From Gammaproteobacteria bacterium (GTDB taxonomy: Bacteria; Pseudomonadota; Gammaproteobacteria; UBA4575): a stretch of DNA of 64,000 bases. Below the pieces are notes generated by a model. It saw nothing but the letters and a program-made list of their open reading frames with translations. It did no database searches and was not told the DNA's origin. The stretch lies in contig JBGCDS010000027.1 in assembly GCA_045105615.1 (NCBI GenBank), forward strand, positions 3,036-67,035. The letters run 5' to 3'. The position numbers were made by a program, and so were the translations under genes. Positions 51,160 to 59,936 of this stretch are shown here, piece after piece. The first letter of the stretch is position 1. Every line of letters starts with the position of its first letter.

Positions 51160-51540
51160 CTAAAACAACTCAGCTGCAAGGAAGGCAAAGAAAAATCCAA
51201 CTAGGTAAACAAGAATTGAAAAAATCAATACCATCCAATTGAACCTCCTCAGTCTTGCACATGCTTTAGCCTGCTTCACCTCTGCTGGGCATGCTTGATT
51301 TCTCGCTCGCCACTGAACAACGGCTGACATCAACAAAAGCAATCCTGCCGCTAAGAATACAATTTCTTTATATTCCGAGATTGTAATCAACCAAGGCGCA
51401 GCTGACACCAGACCAGCAAGCGCTGCTCCCATTCCCACAGTGACAAACAAGGCAGGAAGCGCACAGCAAACTAATGTGCTCACGCTGCCAAACAAACTTA
51501 ACGTAGGTAGTAGCACTTGTTTATACGCGTTATCCACCAC
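51160..51540 (-). CDS. MerT-like heavy-metal transport inner-membrane protein
   Basis: 3 TM; vicinal CC in TM1 (LVCCALPA); second Cys pair ACPAEVKQAKAC; aligns with Tn501 MerT topology. Confidence 0.7.
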   Translation of the reverse strand: MVDNAYKQVLLPTLSLFGSVSTLVCCALPALFVTVGMGAALAGLVSAAPWLITISEYKEIVFLAAGLLLLMSAVVQWRARNQACPAEVKQAKACARLRRFNWMVLIFSILVYLVGFFFAFLAAELF

Positions 51541-51832
51541 GGCGAATCTCCTCTATATTATACCCAGCATCAACAATATTTTTATGAATAACAGCATCAT
51601 TTAATTGCTGTCCTTTCTTCAAGTGAATAGTGACAATTTTCTCATCGAGATTCACATCGATACCATCCACCGCAACTTCTTTACCAAACACTTTCTCCAA
51701 TGCTTGAGCACAAAAATCACACACAAGCCCATAGATACTAACTTCTATCGTACCTTCTGAATGTTGAGAAAAAGCATTATTTGAAAACAAGCCGACAAAC
51801 AAAGCTAACATCATTATTAATTTTTTCATCAT
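51530..51832 (-). CDS. MerP-like periplasmic heavy-metal-associated (HMA) domain protein
   Basis: signal peptide; GLVCDFCA metal-binding loop. Confidence 0.7.
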   Translation of the reverse strand: MMKKLIMMLALFVGLFSNNAFSQHSEGTIEVSIYGLVCDFCAQALEKVFGKEVAVDGIDVNLDEKIVTIHLKKGQQLNDAVIHKNIVDAGYNIEEIRRGG

Positions 51833-51845
51833 TATTCCTTATTAA

Positions 51846-52484
51846 TTAAAAGCGAACCGCCCAATTGAGCAGAACATCTCTATTACTACTAATTCCCGCC
51901 TCAAATCTGTGAACATCCTTTAAAAGACGTACCAATGGCGTTAGCGTAATATTATTTTCACTCTCAGGTATATGCTCCACCTCAACCATTAACCAAGCAT
52001 GCAAAGCACCATAGTCTGCAATGTAAGGCGCCATACCGACTCGCACCCTTTGCATAAAAAAATCATCCAGGCTTCCTGCCTCCAAGTAACGATTTTCATA
52101 GGATATAAAATACTCTCGCGATTCCCAATCACCAGAAATACCGGAAAATATAGCTATTTTAGAATCATTCTCTAAACGACTAGAGTTACGATCGGCATAT
52201 CCAATGCCAGACTTAAGATAAAGATTCATTTGCGAATCTTTTTTATTCCACCGCTTAACGAGATTATTAAGCTGAAAACCCGTCAACAAATACTCTCCGG
52301 CACGACGATATTCTGATCTGATCCCAAGCGAGTATTTTGCCGAGGGCGAATAATGCAACAACACTGAATGCTCATCACCATTGTTACTTATATCAGCGGT
52401 AACACCACCAGGATATGAAACAGGGCGAGCCAATGAACACTGTGCAGAAAGACTAAGCACAATAAGTACTAATAACATTCTCAT
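51846..52484 (-). CDS. hypothetical outer-membrane beta-barrel-like protein
   Basis: signal peptide; alternating amphipathic strands; C-terminal ...LNWAVRF. Confidence 0.5.
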   Translation of the reverse strand: MRMLLVLIVLSLSAQCSLARPVSYPGGVTADISNNGDEHSVLLHYSPSAKYSLGIRSEYRRAGEYLLTGFQLNNLVKRWNKKDSQMNLYLKSGIGYADRNSSRLENDSKIAIFSGISGDWESREYFISYENRYLEAGSLDDFFMQRVRVGMAPYIADYGALHAWLMVEVEHIPESENNITLTPLVRLLKDVHRFEAGISSNRDVLLNWAVRF

Positions 52485-52561
52485 TATTTTTCTCCTGAAA
52501 AATATTTTTATTCATCGCCTTATTTAACGGCGATGCAAACTGAGCTAATTACGCTCAAATA

Positions 52562-52909
52562 TCAGGAGATATAGATAGGAGGACGATATAGAGAAGAGAA
52601 ATATTTTGAATTAGCATATTCATCAATGACGATAAAACGCTGTTGATGCATATTAAGCACATTTAAATTACCTAATTCAAAGAATGGTGTTTGACCGGTT
52701 GAATATATGAAACAAAAACATGCATCTTTACAATGCTCATCATTCTCATTCTGCTGCTCGTCATGACATGGCATATCTGACTCAGCAAGCACTTCAGATT
52801 GAAGATCATTGATTTCTATCTGTTGCATGCACAGCATCAGCTCTGCCGACGCGATGAGCGTATTAGCAATAAATACCAAGCTAACAATATATAAAACAAT
52901 GTTTTTCAT
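52562..52909 (-). CDS. hypothetical exported Cys/His-rich protein
   Basis: signal peptide; PCHDEQQNENDEHCKDACFCF cluster. Confidence 0.4.
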   Translation of the reverse strand: MKNIVLYIVSLVFIANTLIASAELMLCMQQIEINDLQSEVLAESDMPCHDEQQNENDEHCKDACFCFIYSTGQTPFFELGNLNVLNMHQQRFIVIDEYANSKYFSSLYRPPIYIS

Positions 52910-53002
52910 TTCGATGATTTTAAGCTACTTCCAAATAAAGTACTGCTGCAGCACAACCTTAACGGCTATAAACATATGATCAACACAACCATCATAAGTT
53001 CA

Positions 53003-53278
53003 TTAAACAGACTGACGCGCTTTTATTGCCAGTGCTACCAATGCCTCCCGAACCTGCTTAGGGGTTTCACACTTCCTGGCAAAATCAATTCTAAGTCTTT
53101 CGCCGTTAGCTAACATCTCAAATCCCACACTATCAATCCTAAGCATTTTTGGATCCTCATTAAGTGTAGTCACTCCATTCAACTGACAATAGTCACGCAT
53201 GGCATCAACATGGTCTTCATTAATATGAGCAATCATATGTTGCTCAGTTTCTTCATCGAATTTAGTCATAAAACCCAT
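53003..53278 (-). CDS. DUF2470-like small protein
   Basis: HINEDHVDAMRDYC motif; ~90 aa from MGFMTKF start. Confidence 0.45.
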   Translation of the reverse strand: MGFMTKFDEETEQHMIAHINEDHVDAMRDYCQLNGVTTLNEDPKMLRIDSVGFEMLANGERLRIDFARKCETPKQVREALVALAIKARQSV

Positions 53279-53403
53279 ACTTAATTGTGTCGAAAAATAT
53301 CGCTTCACCATACCTAGTATTTTATAAATTATCAGCAATATCAGTTGCGAATATTGTTTATTTAAGTTACTAAACTAACTGGAATCATTTGTGGAGCAGT
53401 TAA

Positions 53404-53718
53404 ATGATATTAACCAATATCGAAGAGGTCCCTGGCAAGAGAATTCTTGAGCATTATGGCTTAGTACAAGGCAATACCATACGCGCCAAACATGTAGGCA
53501 AGGATATCTTAGCTAGCATTAAAAATATCTTTGGGGGTGAATTAGCCGCGTACACTGAACTCCTTTCAGAGTCACGCAAAGAAGCAACCGATCGCATGAT
53601 CCAACAGGCTGAAGCAATGGGAGCCAATGCGATAATCAATATACGTTATAGCACTTCTTCAGTAGCACAGGGCGCTGCCGAACTTTACGCTTACGGCACA
53701 GCGGTACGAGTCGAATAA
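53404..53718 (+). CDS. ybjQ: YbjQ/UPF0145-family protein (putative heavy-metal-binding domain)
   Basis: 104 aa; ..GGELAAYTELLSESRKEATDRMIQQAEAMGANAIINIRY.. typical YbjQ. Confidence 0.75.
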   Translation: MILTNIEEVPGKRILEHYGLVQGNTIRAKHVGKDILASIKNIFGGELAAYTELLSESRKEATDRMIQQAEAMGANAIINIRYSTSSVAQGAAELYAYGTAVRVE

Positions 53719-54200
53719 TGCTAGACATTATTATTCTCATTTCCCTATTGGGACTTGGCTATTACTTTGGCCAGCGCGCTGAAAAAAAACATTATAAATC
53801 GATCATTGAGCGTGAAAACCAGCTGATTAATTTACCACTAATTACTTTAAAAACACCTCCACCGATAAAACAGTATGAAGTTAATGCTGCACTAGTCACT
53901 GGCAGTGTTGTAATTTCTATCGACTTTTTTAAAAAGTTTATAGCCTCATTGAAAATGCTATTTGGAGGCCGGCTAACAACATATGAATCCTTATTAGACC
54001 GTGCACGTAGAGAAGCTTTATTACGCTTAAGAGAACAGGCCAAAATACGCAAAGCATTTGTTGTTCTAAACACACGCATTGAAACCGCTTCTATTAGCAA
54101 AAGCAGCGGACGTCGAGAAGGTAGCGTAGGTTCAATCGAAGTAGTCGCTTATGGCACTGCTATAAGCATGACGAATCGGCGCCGAAACATCGCCTCATGA
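53718..54200 (+). CDS. membrane-anchored YbjQ-family paralogue
   Basis: N-terminal TM (IIILISLLGLGYYF) then YbjQ-like core (FGGRLTTYESLLDRARREA...); start overlaps upstream stop. Confidence 0.6.
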   Translation: MLDIIILISLLGLGYYFGQRAEKKHYKSIIERENQLINLPLITLKTPPPIKQYEVNAALVTGSVVISIDFFKKFIASLKMLFGGRLTTYESLLDRARREALLRLREQAKIRKAFVVLNTRIETASISKSSGRREGSVGSIEVVAYGTAISMTNRRRNIAS

Positions 54201-55042
54201 AATACGTCCCGTCTCAGCCACCAGAAGGAATAAACGTTTCCAAGGAACACCCGTTAAAGTCATTCTTTATTCTCTCAACCGGCACGGTCGCTTCTATATT
54301 TATTATCTTATTCGTTATTAGTTTATTTGCAGATTTTATTGTTAGCTTCATCCCTGTTGAATACGAGCGTGCGTTATTTGAAAACAGAAATATTGGCGAC
54401 TTAATCACAGACAGTAAAACCGAAACGTCAGATGAAATTCAGCAGTATCTACAAACACTAGTCGATTCACTTCATGAACAGGGTGGAGATAAATATAACG
54501 ATCATCAGTTCAAAGTCAGCCTAAGCCCAATGCCTCAACCCAATGCTTTTGCAGCACCGGGCGGCCACATTGTTGTCACCTATGGATTACTCAGAAGTGT
54601 TAATTCAGAAAATGGTTTAGCCATGGTACTTGCCCATGAAATTGGCCACCATTATGAAAGACACCCACTTAGAGGACTAGGAAGAGGTTTAGTCATGGCT
54701 TTCTTCTTATCGGCAATATCAGGATTTGAGATTGGAGGTTATGCAGATAAGTTTGTAGAAAGAACCGCCTTCATTGGACAGCTCGCCTATAGCCGAAAAC
54801 AAGAAACTGACTCAGACAATATTGCGATAGATTTGTTACAAAAAAAGTATGGCCATGCTTATGGTGCCAGTGAATTTTTCAGATACATAAAAAATTCCAG
54901 CGAAAACAATAGCGAACCACCGATATTCTTAAGCACGCACCCTTCCACACAAGAACGCTTAAGCTATTTAAAGAAAATGGAACGAAAAAATTATGGCGAC
55001 AAAAAAAATATCCCTAAAAACATTCTAGAAAAATTGCCATAG
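54197..55042 (+). CDS. M48-family zinc metallopeptidase with N-terminal TM segment
   Basis: HEIGHHYERH HExxH; overlapping start with upstream gene. Confidence 0.75.
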   Translation: MKYVPSQPPEGINVSKEHPLKSFFILSTGTVASIFIILFVISLFADFIVSFIPVEYERALFENRNIGDLITDSKTETSDEIQQYLQTLVDSLHEQGGDKYNDHQFKVSLSPMPQPNAFAAPGGHIVVTYGLLRSVNSENGLAMVLAHEIGHHYERHPLRGLGRGLVMAFFLSAISGFEIGGYADKFVERTAFIGQLAYSRKQETDSDNIAIDLLQKKYGHAYGASEFFRYIKNSSENNSEPPIFLSTHPSTQERLSYLKKMERKNYGDKKNIPKNILEKLP

Positions 55043-55070
55043 GCACAAACACCAAACAGGAAGAGAATGA

Positions 55071-55250
55071 CTAGTGAATAGTTTCCATAGTTGCTTCATC
55101 TACACTCATCAATTTCCATTCGCTAGTTAAACCCATATCTTCATTAGCAGCACCATAATAAAGCGCACCGCTTTCAGTCACCGCTAAATAATACGCATTG
55201 TTTGCGTCATCTTTTTCAAGCAACAAGTAACCATCATTCATTACTAACAT
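55071..55250 (-). CDS. possible unannotated small acidic protein (59 aa, below ORF-track cutoff)
   Basis: ATG..TAG ORF MLVMNDGYLLLEKDDANNAYYLAVTESGALYYGAANEDMGLTSEWKLMSVDEATMETIH read from reverse strand; fills otherwise empty 300-bp gap. Confidence 0.25.
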   Translation of the reverse strand: MLVMNDGYLLLEKDDANNAYYLAVTESGALYYGAANEDMGLTSEWKLMSVDEATMETIH

Positions 55251-55347
55251 CCATAGATATCATTCTCGATAATAATATAGATGGGGGCAATTCGGTCGAT
55301 TTCAACCGCTAATAAAAAACATTTTAAGCTCAGCCAAAAAGCAAAAT

Positions 55348-55863
55348 CTATTCAATTTTTTCGGCTTTTTTCTTCAATGCCTGATTCATAGCATTCAACA
55401 TAGTGGGAACATTTCTATCAAAGGTACCCCGCAGCATCGGCACCGCCATACCCTTAAATGTCTCCCTATGCACAAGGCGTGTTCCCATAGGGGCGGCTTG
55501 GAGCTCAATTATTTTATCGTTAGTCATTATAAAACTTGTCATCATCTCAGCACGCCAATGAAAATAGCTAGGCTTTTCCAACCCAGTTATTATCGGATTA
55601 TATACAGGCCCTTTTTGATACTCTTTTGCTCCAGCCATGGTAATTGCTAAAGTCTCTCCCAAAGAAACATTGCCCGACGAATCATTAATTATAGGATTCC
55701 ATTGATGCCAATTATTTATATCAGCTAGCACAACCCATACTTCCCCAGGAGCAGCCACGATATCAATCTCGGTGCGAACCTCATGCAACTCCTTACCATT
55801 TACCCATAAATACGTACAGGCACCAAACAAAAGCACCAATAAAAACAGTATAAAGATTCTCAT
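55348..55863 (-). CDS. SRPBCC (START/Bet v1-like, polyketide-cyclase fold) protein with N-terminal signal/anchor
   Basis: 171 aa; IDIVAAPGEVWVVLADINNWHQWNP. Confidence 0.6.
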   Translation of the reverse strand: MRIFILFLLVLLFGACTYLWVNGKELHEVRTEIDIVAAPGEVWVVLADINNWHQWNPIINDSSGNVSLGETLAITMAGAKEYQKGPVYNPIITGLEKPSYFHWRAEMMTSFIMTNDKIIELQAAPMGTRLVHRETFKGMAVPMLRGTFDRNVPTMLNAMNQALKKKAEKIE

Positions 55864-55882
55864 AATATGCTTTCTTGTTTTT

Positions 55883-56182
55883 TTAATTAACCAACGGTTT
55901 AAAGCTTTTCTTTAATATATTACCCTCAGGCTTTACATCATCTTCTATCACTTGATGCTGGACCTCATCATCTTTAATTGACAATGATTCAACCACATCT
56001 TTATCTTGGCAATTTATATCATTGAATTGCTTTTCTGTTTTTTCACCCTGGCATGGCTTATACCCTGGCAACAAGTCAACTTCGGTCTGCGTATCTAGGT
56101 CCAAGCGACCATTTTCAGCAACTCCTATATTTGTTGAACAATATGCCATCACTACAAGAAAGATCAAATGCTTACTATTCAT
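55883..56182 (-). CDS. hypothetical acidic exported protein
   Basis: signal peptide; 99 aa. Confidence 0.35.
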   Translation of the reverse strand: MNSKHLIFLVVMAYCSTNIGVAENGRLDLDTQTEVDLLPGYKPCQGEKTEKQFNDINCQDKDVVESLSIKDDEVQHQVIEDDVKPEGNILKKSFKPLVN

Positions 56183-56197
56183 GTTTTTTATTCCTAT

Positions 56198-57541
56198 TTA
56201 TTTAATCGTAGGCTTGAGCAATGACATTAATTCTCCAGAGATAGACCTCAAGTGCAGATCTCTTTGAGGATAAGGAATTTCAATTTTATGCTCATGAAAT
56301 TTATTCCATAACACCAACAACACTTGGCTTTTTACATTCGAGCAACCATTCATTGGATCTCGAACCCATATTCTAATTTCAAGGTCGACAGAATTATCGC
56401 CAAAGCCTTTTAACAAACATGCAGGCTTTGGCATGTTCAAAACGCGATCAACTTCGCCAGCAGCGTCAAGACAAAGTTCAATTGCTTTATTCACATCAGT
56501 CTTATAGTGAACACCCACAGGAATTCTTAAGCGTACATTTTCATGACTGTATGACCAATTTTCCACGCGATTAATAATCATCTCTTCGTTTGGCACAAGA
56601 TGTTCAATACCATCACGCGTAATCACTGATACATAGCGCGCACTCAGTGTATCTACACGACCGTAACTACCTTCCACATTAATTGTATCCCCAGGTTTGA
56701 TTGATTTATCCAGCAACAATATAAAACCAGAAATTAAATTAGAGAAAATCTTCTGCAGACCAAAACCTATTCCTACACCAATTGCACCACCAAGCACAGC
56801 AAACGCAGTTAGATCTATTCCTACGGTACTTAACCCGAAAATAAATGCGGCAGCGACTAATGCAAATTTAAATGTTTTAGAAAGAAGCGCTCGTGCGGAG
56901 GGAGTTATATTGCTACTACCCCTAAGAATATTATCTACTAACTTAATTAACGCAAAGGCTATCCACAAAAATATAGCGATTGATAATAACGATGAAACTA
57001 TTGCATATAGAGAAATACTCGCCTGCCCTGCATTAATTTTTGTTTTATCTAGAAATTCAACAACAGGAGACAGATAACCAAGAATATTTAATGCGGCAAT
57101 CACCCAAATCACCGCGGCGACTGCACGGCTAATCAATGGATTATCGATAAAAGACGAACCAAGCCTAATAACAAACCATGCTACGGTTAAACTCATTGCA
57201 GTGGATAGCAATGGCCACGGATGTTTTAGCACAATGTAAATCACCGTAAACAACCCAACCCAAGCAAACATCAACAATGGGAAAATCAATCTTCGCAGTG
57301 TTGCGAATAAGTATCTTCGCGTGCGAGATGTATAACTAACTTCCCATCCTGAAATATACGCACGCAGATTTTTAGACACATAAAGCGCAGCAAAAAACCC
57401 AATCACTATAATCCCTAACTCTATAAGCGATTGGTAATTCAATATTTCTTTATCGAGCAAACCCACGACTCGATCAGTCGCTTTCTCTATCGCTTCACCT
57501 GTTAAAAGGTCATCGATTTTAGGTGGGGCTGTCTCTGGCAT
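56198..57541 (-). CDS. mechanosensitive ion channel, MscS family
   Basis: 447 aa; multi-TM N-domain, conserved MscS pore/beta domain (GDTINVEGSYGRVDTLSARYV). Confidence 0.85.
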   Translation of the reverse strand: MPETAPPKIDDLLTGEAIEKATDRVVGLLDKEILNYQSLIELGIIVIGFFAALYVSKNLRAYISGWEVSYTSRTRRYLFATLRRLIFPLLMFAWVGLFTVIYIVLKHPWPLLSTAMSLTVAWFVIRLGSSFIDNPLISRAVAAVIWVIAALNILGYLSPVVEFLDKTKINAGQASISLYAIVSSLLSIAIFLWIAFALIKLVDNILRGSSNITPSARALLSKTFKFALVAAAFIFGLSTVGIDLTAFAVLGGAIGVGIGFGLQKIFSNLISGFILLLDKSIKPGDTINVEGSYGRVDTLSARYVSVITRDGIEHLVPNEEMIINRVENWSYSHENVRLRIPVGVHYKTDVNKAIELCLDAAGEVDRVLNMPKPACLLKGFGDNSVDLEIRIWVRDPMNGCSNVKSQVLLVLWNKFHEHKIEIPYPQRDLHLRSISGELMSLLKPTIK

Positions 57542-57639
57542 ATTTACACTTAAAATTATTTGAATGATGTGCCACTTATATCATGAATGCTCGGGCAATC
57601 AACAAGCAGCCAAGCAATCAATTATTTAATGAATCACTA

Positions 57640-58191
57640 TCAAAACCAATACTGCGGATAACGTCGATATGGTGAGAGGTTATTAATTAACACAGCCACT
57701 ACCAACATAATGACTGCACCCGTTGCAATCGGTGTTAGCACAAACATATATGCCATCTCGTGTATTTGCTCACTACCTATAACTGCTATCAAAGCGGTGG
57801 CTCCTCCAGGAGGATGGATAGTACGCGTTAAATTCATCAATACTAATGACAGTGTGACCGCGGTTGCCGCCGCCAATGAGGGTTTGGCGCTAAACAACAA
57901 AGCACAGCTAACACCCACTATCGCTGACAGTATATGCCCACCAATAATATTTCTTGGCTGCGAAAAAGGGCTATTGGGAATACCATATACCAATACCGCT
58001 GTCGCACCAAAGGATCCAACCAGAAATAATGAATCAACTAGCTGTAGCGCTTGGTAATGACCAATATAATAAATTGAAAATATACCTATAAATGCACCTA
58101 ACGCTGACCAGAATATTTCATGCATAGGCGCACGTGGTGGAGCCTGCTTACCTCCTCGCATTTTTTCTAGGTATACAGAAATTATGTTCAT
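57640..58191 (-). CDS. HPP-family membrane protein
   Basis: HPPGGATALIA motif, 4 TM. Confidence 0.75.
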   Translation of the reverse strand: MNIISVYLEKMRGGKQAPPRAPMHEIFWSALGAFIGIFSIYYIGHYQALQLVDSLFLVGSFGATAVLVYGIPNSPFSQPRNIIGGHILSAIVGVSCALLFSAKPSLAAATAVTLSLVLMNLTRTIHPPGGATALIAVIGSEQIHEMAYMFVLTPIATGAVIMLVVAVLINNLSPYRRYPQYWF

Positions 58192-58573
58192 TGCCTAAAT
58201 GTATCCATTTGATTGACTACTTAGATTCAAAAAAGCGTACATCACCTGTTAGAAATCAAGGCCTTATAATTCAAGTTTTTAAACGCCGGACGTTCATTTC
58301 CAGAACACCAATCTAACATGAATCACAAAAAGTGCATTAGAGACTTATAATATTAGATTTTATATATATACTAATACAGATACCCTCGAACAGGCCCCTT
58401 GTATATGCCATGTTGATGGACAATTATACTTATATATAGCGCACGCCAAAACATCATCGTCCTCATAAGTTTACCTAAATCCGGCATAACTTAATTTTTG
58501 TTGTATTGTCCCTAATTCAGCATCACACTGAGATTACAAAAAAAATAACATTATTGTCAGGAGGCACAAAATA

Positions 58574-59425
58574 ATGTTCGAAACCAACCCTTTTGCTGTA
58601 CTTTCAGCATATATTTCCCCTGAGATCATGCAAGGCTACGTCATTCTGATGTTTATCTTTGTTGTTGCCGGCACGATTCTCGACATGATGCACAAAAAAA
58701 GTGCGCAGTACTTCTTTGAAAATGCTGAGAAAGCAAAAAAGAATGCAAAACGCACTGTAGGCGGTGGAGAGAAGATATCCATGGCCGTCGCGACAGTGGC
58801 AAATGAGGTATTAACCTCTGGCGAATTCAAGAGCACACGCCGTAGACTGTCTCATCTATTAACAATGTATGGTTTCATTATTTTTGTTGCCACTACTGCA
58901 TGGTTGATTTTCAATTACACCTCAGAAGCAGCTGCTGCACCTACCGCATTGACAACAATGTGGCATGTTGGCGCCATTATGCTTTGCCTAGGTGGTTACT
59001 GGTTTTGGTTCTTCATCCGTGTTGACGTCGCCTCTGAAGGCGTGAAGTGGTACAACTTCAACGGTCGTGGTGACATTTTCATTGTTTCTTTGATCACAAC
59101 AGGCACTTTCGCATTATTATGGTCAGGTACGCTAGCCAGCGGCGGATTACTCAACGTAATCGCCTTTGTCTTATTCATTGTATCTAGCACAATGTTGTTC
59201 AGCACTGTATTTTGGTCGAAGTTTGCACATATGTTCTTCAAGCCTGCTGCAGCGTTCCAAAAGCGCACTACTAAGGCTGATGGTTCATTTGAAAATCTGC
59301 CTGAAGTCGGCGATCTTTCAGATCCTGCTATTCAATCAAAATTCCCGGATATCCCAGAGTATATGGGCACAAATCCACCAAACATGGGCCAAGGTATCAA
59401 ACGTGAAGCCCCAAGCCATTATTAA
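58574..59425 (+). CDS. aprM: putative AprM-type membrane anchor of adenylylsulfate reductase
   Basis: 283 aa, ~5 TM, GGAGG RBS, immediately upstream of aprBA; assignment by synteny/topology. Confidence 0.5.
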   Translation: MFETNPFAVLSAYISPEIMQGYVILMFIFVVAGTILDMMHKKSAQYFFENAEKAKKNAKRTVGGGEKISMAVATVANEVLTSGEFKSTRRRLSHLLTMYGFIIFVATTAWLIFNYTSEAAAAPTALTTMWHVGAIMLCLGGYWFWFFIRVDVASEGVKWYNFNGRGDIFIVSLITTGTFALLWSGTLASGGLLNVIAFVLFIVSSTMLFSTVFWSKFAHMFFKPAAAFQKRTTKADGSFENLPEVGDLSDPAIQSKFPDIPEYMGTNPPNMGQGIKREAPSHY

Positions 59426-59453
59426 TACTTAAAATTTAATAGAGAGAAATATC

Positions 59454-59936
59454 ATGCCTACTTTTGTATATATGACTCGTTGCGATGGTTGTGGACATTG
59501 CGTTGATATCTGCCCTTCAGACATCATGCATATCGACACTACTACCCGACGTGCTTACAACATTGAGCCAAACATGTGCTGGGAGTGTTACTCCTGCGTT
59601 AAGGCTTGCCCACATAATGCTATCGACGTTCGTGGTTATGCTGACTTTGCTCCACTAGGTCACTCAGTACGAGTAATTCGCGATGAAGAGAAAGGTGTTA
59701 TTGCCTGGCGTATTAAATTCCGCAACGGCAAGAAAGACATGAATCTGTTAGCTCCGATTACAACTAAACCTTGGGGTACAGCTATTCCGAATCTATCGGA
59801 TGAATCTGCTCCTAGTAAGGATATGACTGATAGCCAGCTACTTTTCAATGAGCCGAAATACATCCGTTTGGATGAAGGTGGTTTACATACGCTTGAGTCT
59901 AACGGCTTGAAGATGAAAGAAGGAGTTTACTACTAA
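59454..59936 (+). CDS. aprB: adenylylsulfate (APS) reductase beta subunit
   Basis: two [4Fe-4S] motifs CDGCGHCVDICP / CWECYSCVKACP; 160 aa; followed by aprA. Confidence 0.85.
   Translation: MPTFVYMTRCDGCGHCVDICPSDIMHIDTTTRRAYNIEPNMCWECYSCVKACPHNAIDVRGYADFAPLGHSVRVIRDEEKGVIAWRIKFRNGKKDMNLLAPITTKPWGTAIPNLSDESAPSKDMTDSQLLFNEPKYIRLDEGGLHTLESNGLKMKEGVYY

Noticed and set aside
51160-51832. Interpretation as a mercury-resistance (mer) operon
   Set aside because: No merR, merA or merB is present in the window, and the gene order is P-T rather than T-P. Annotated as a MerT/P-like metal-handling module only.
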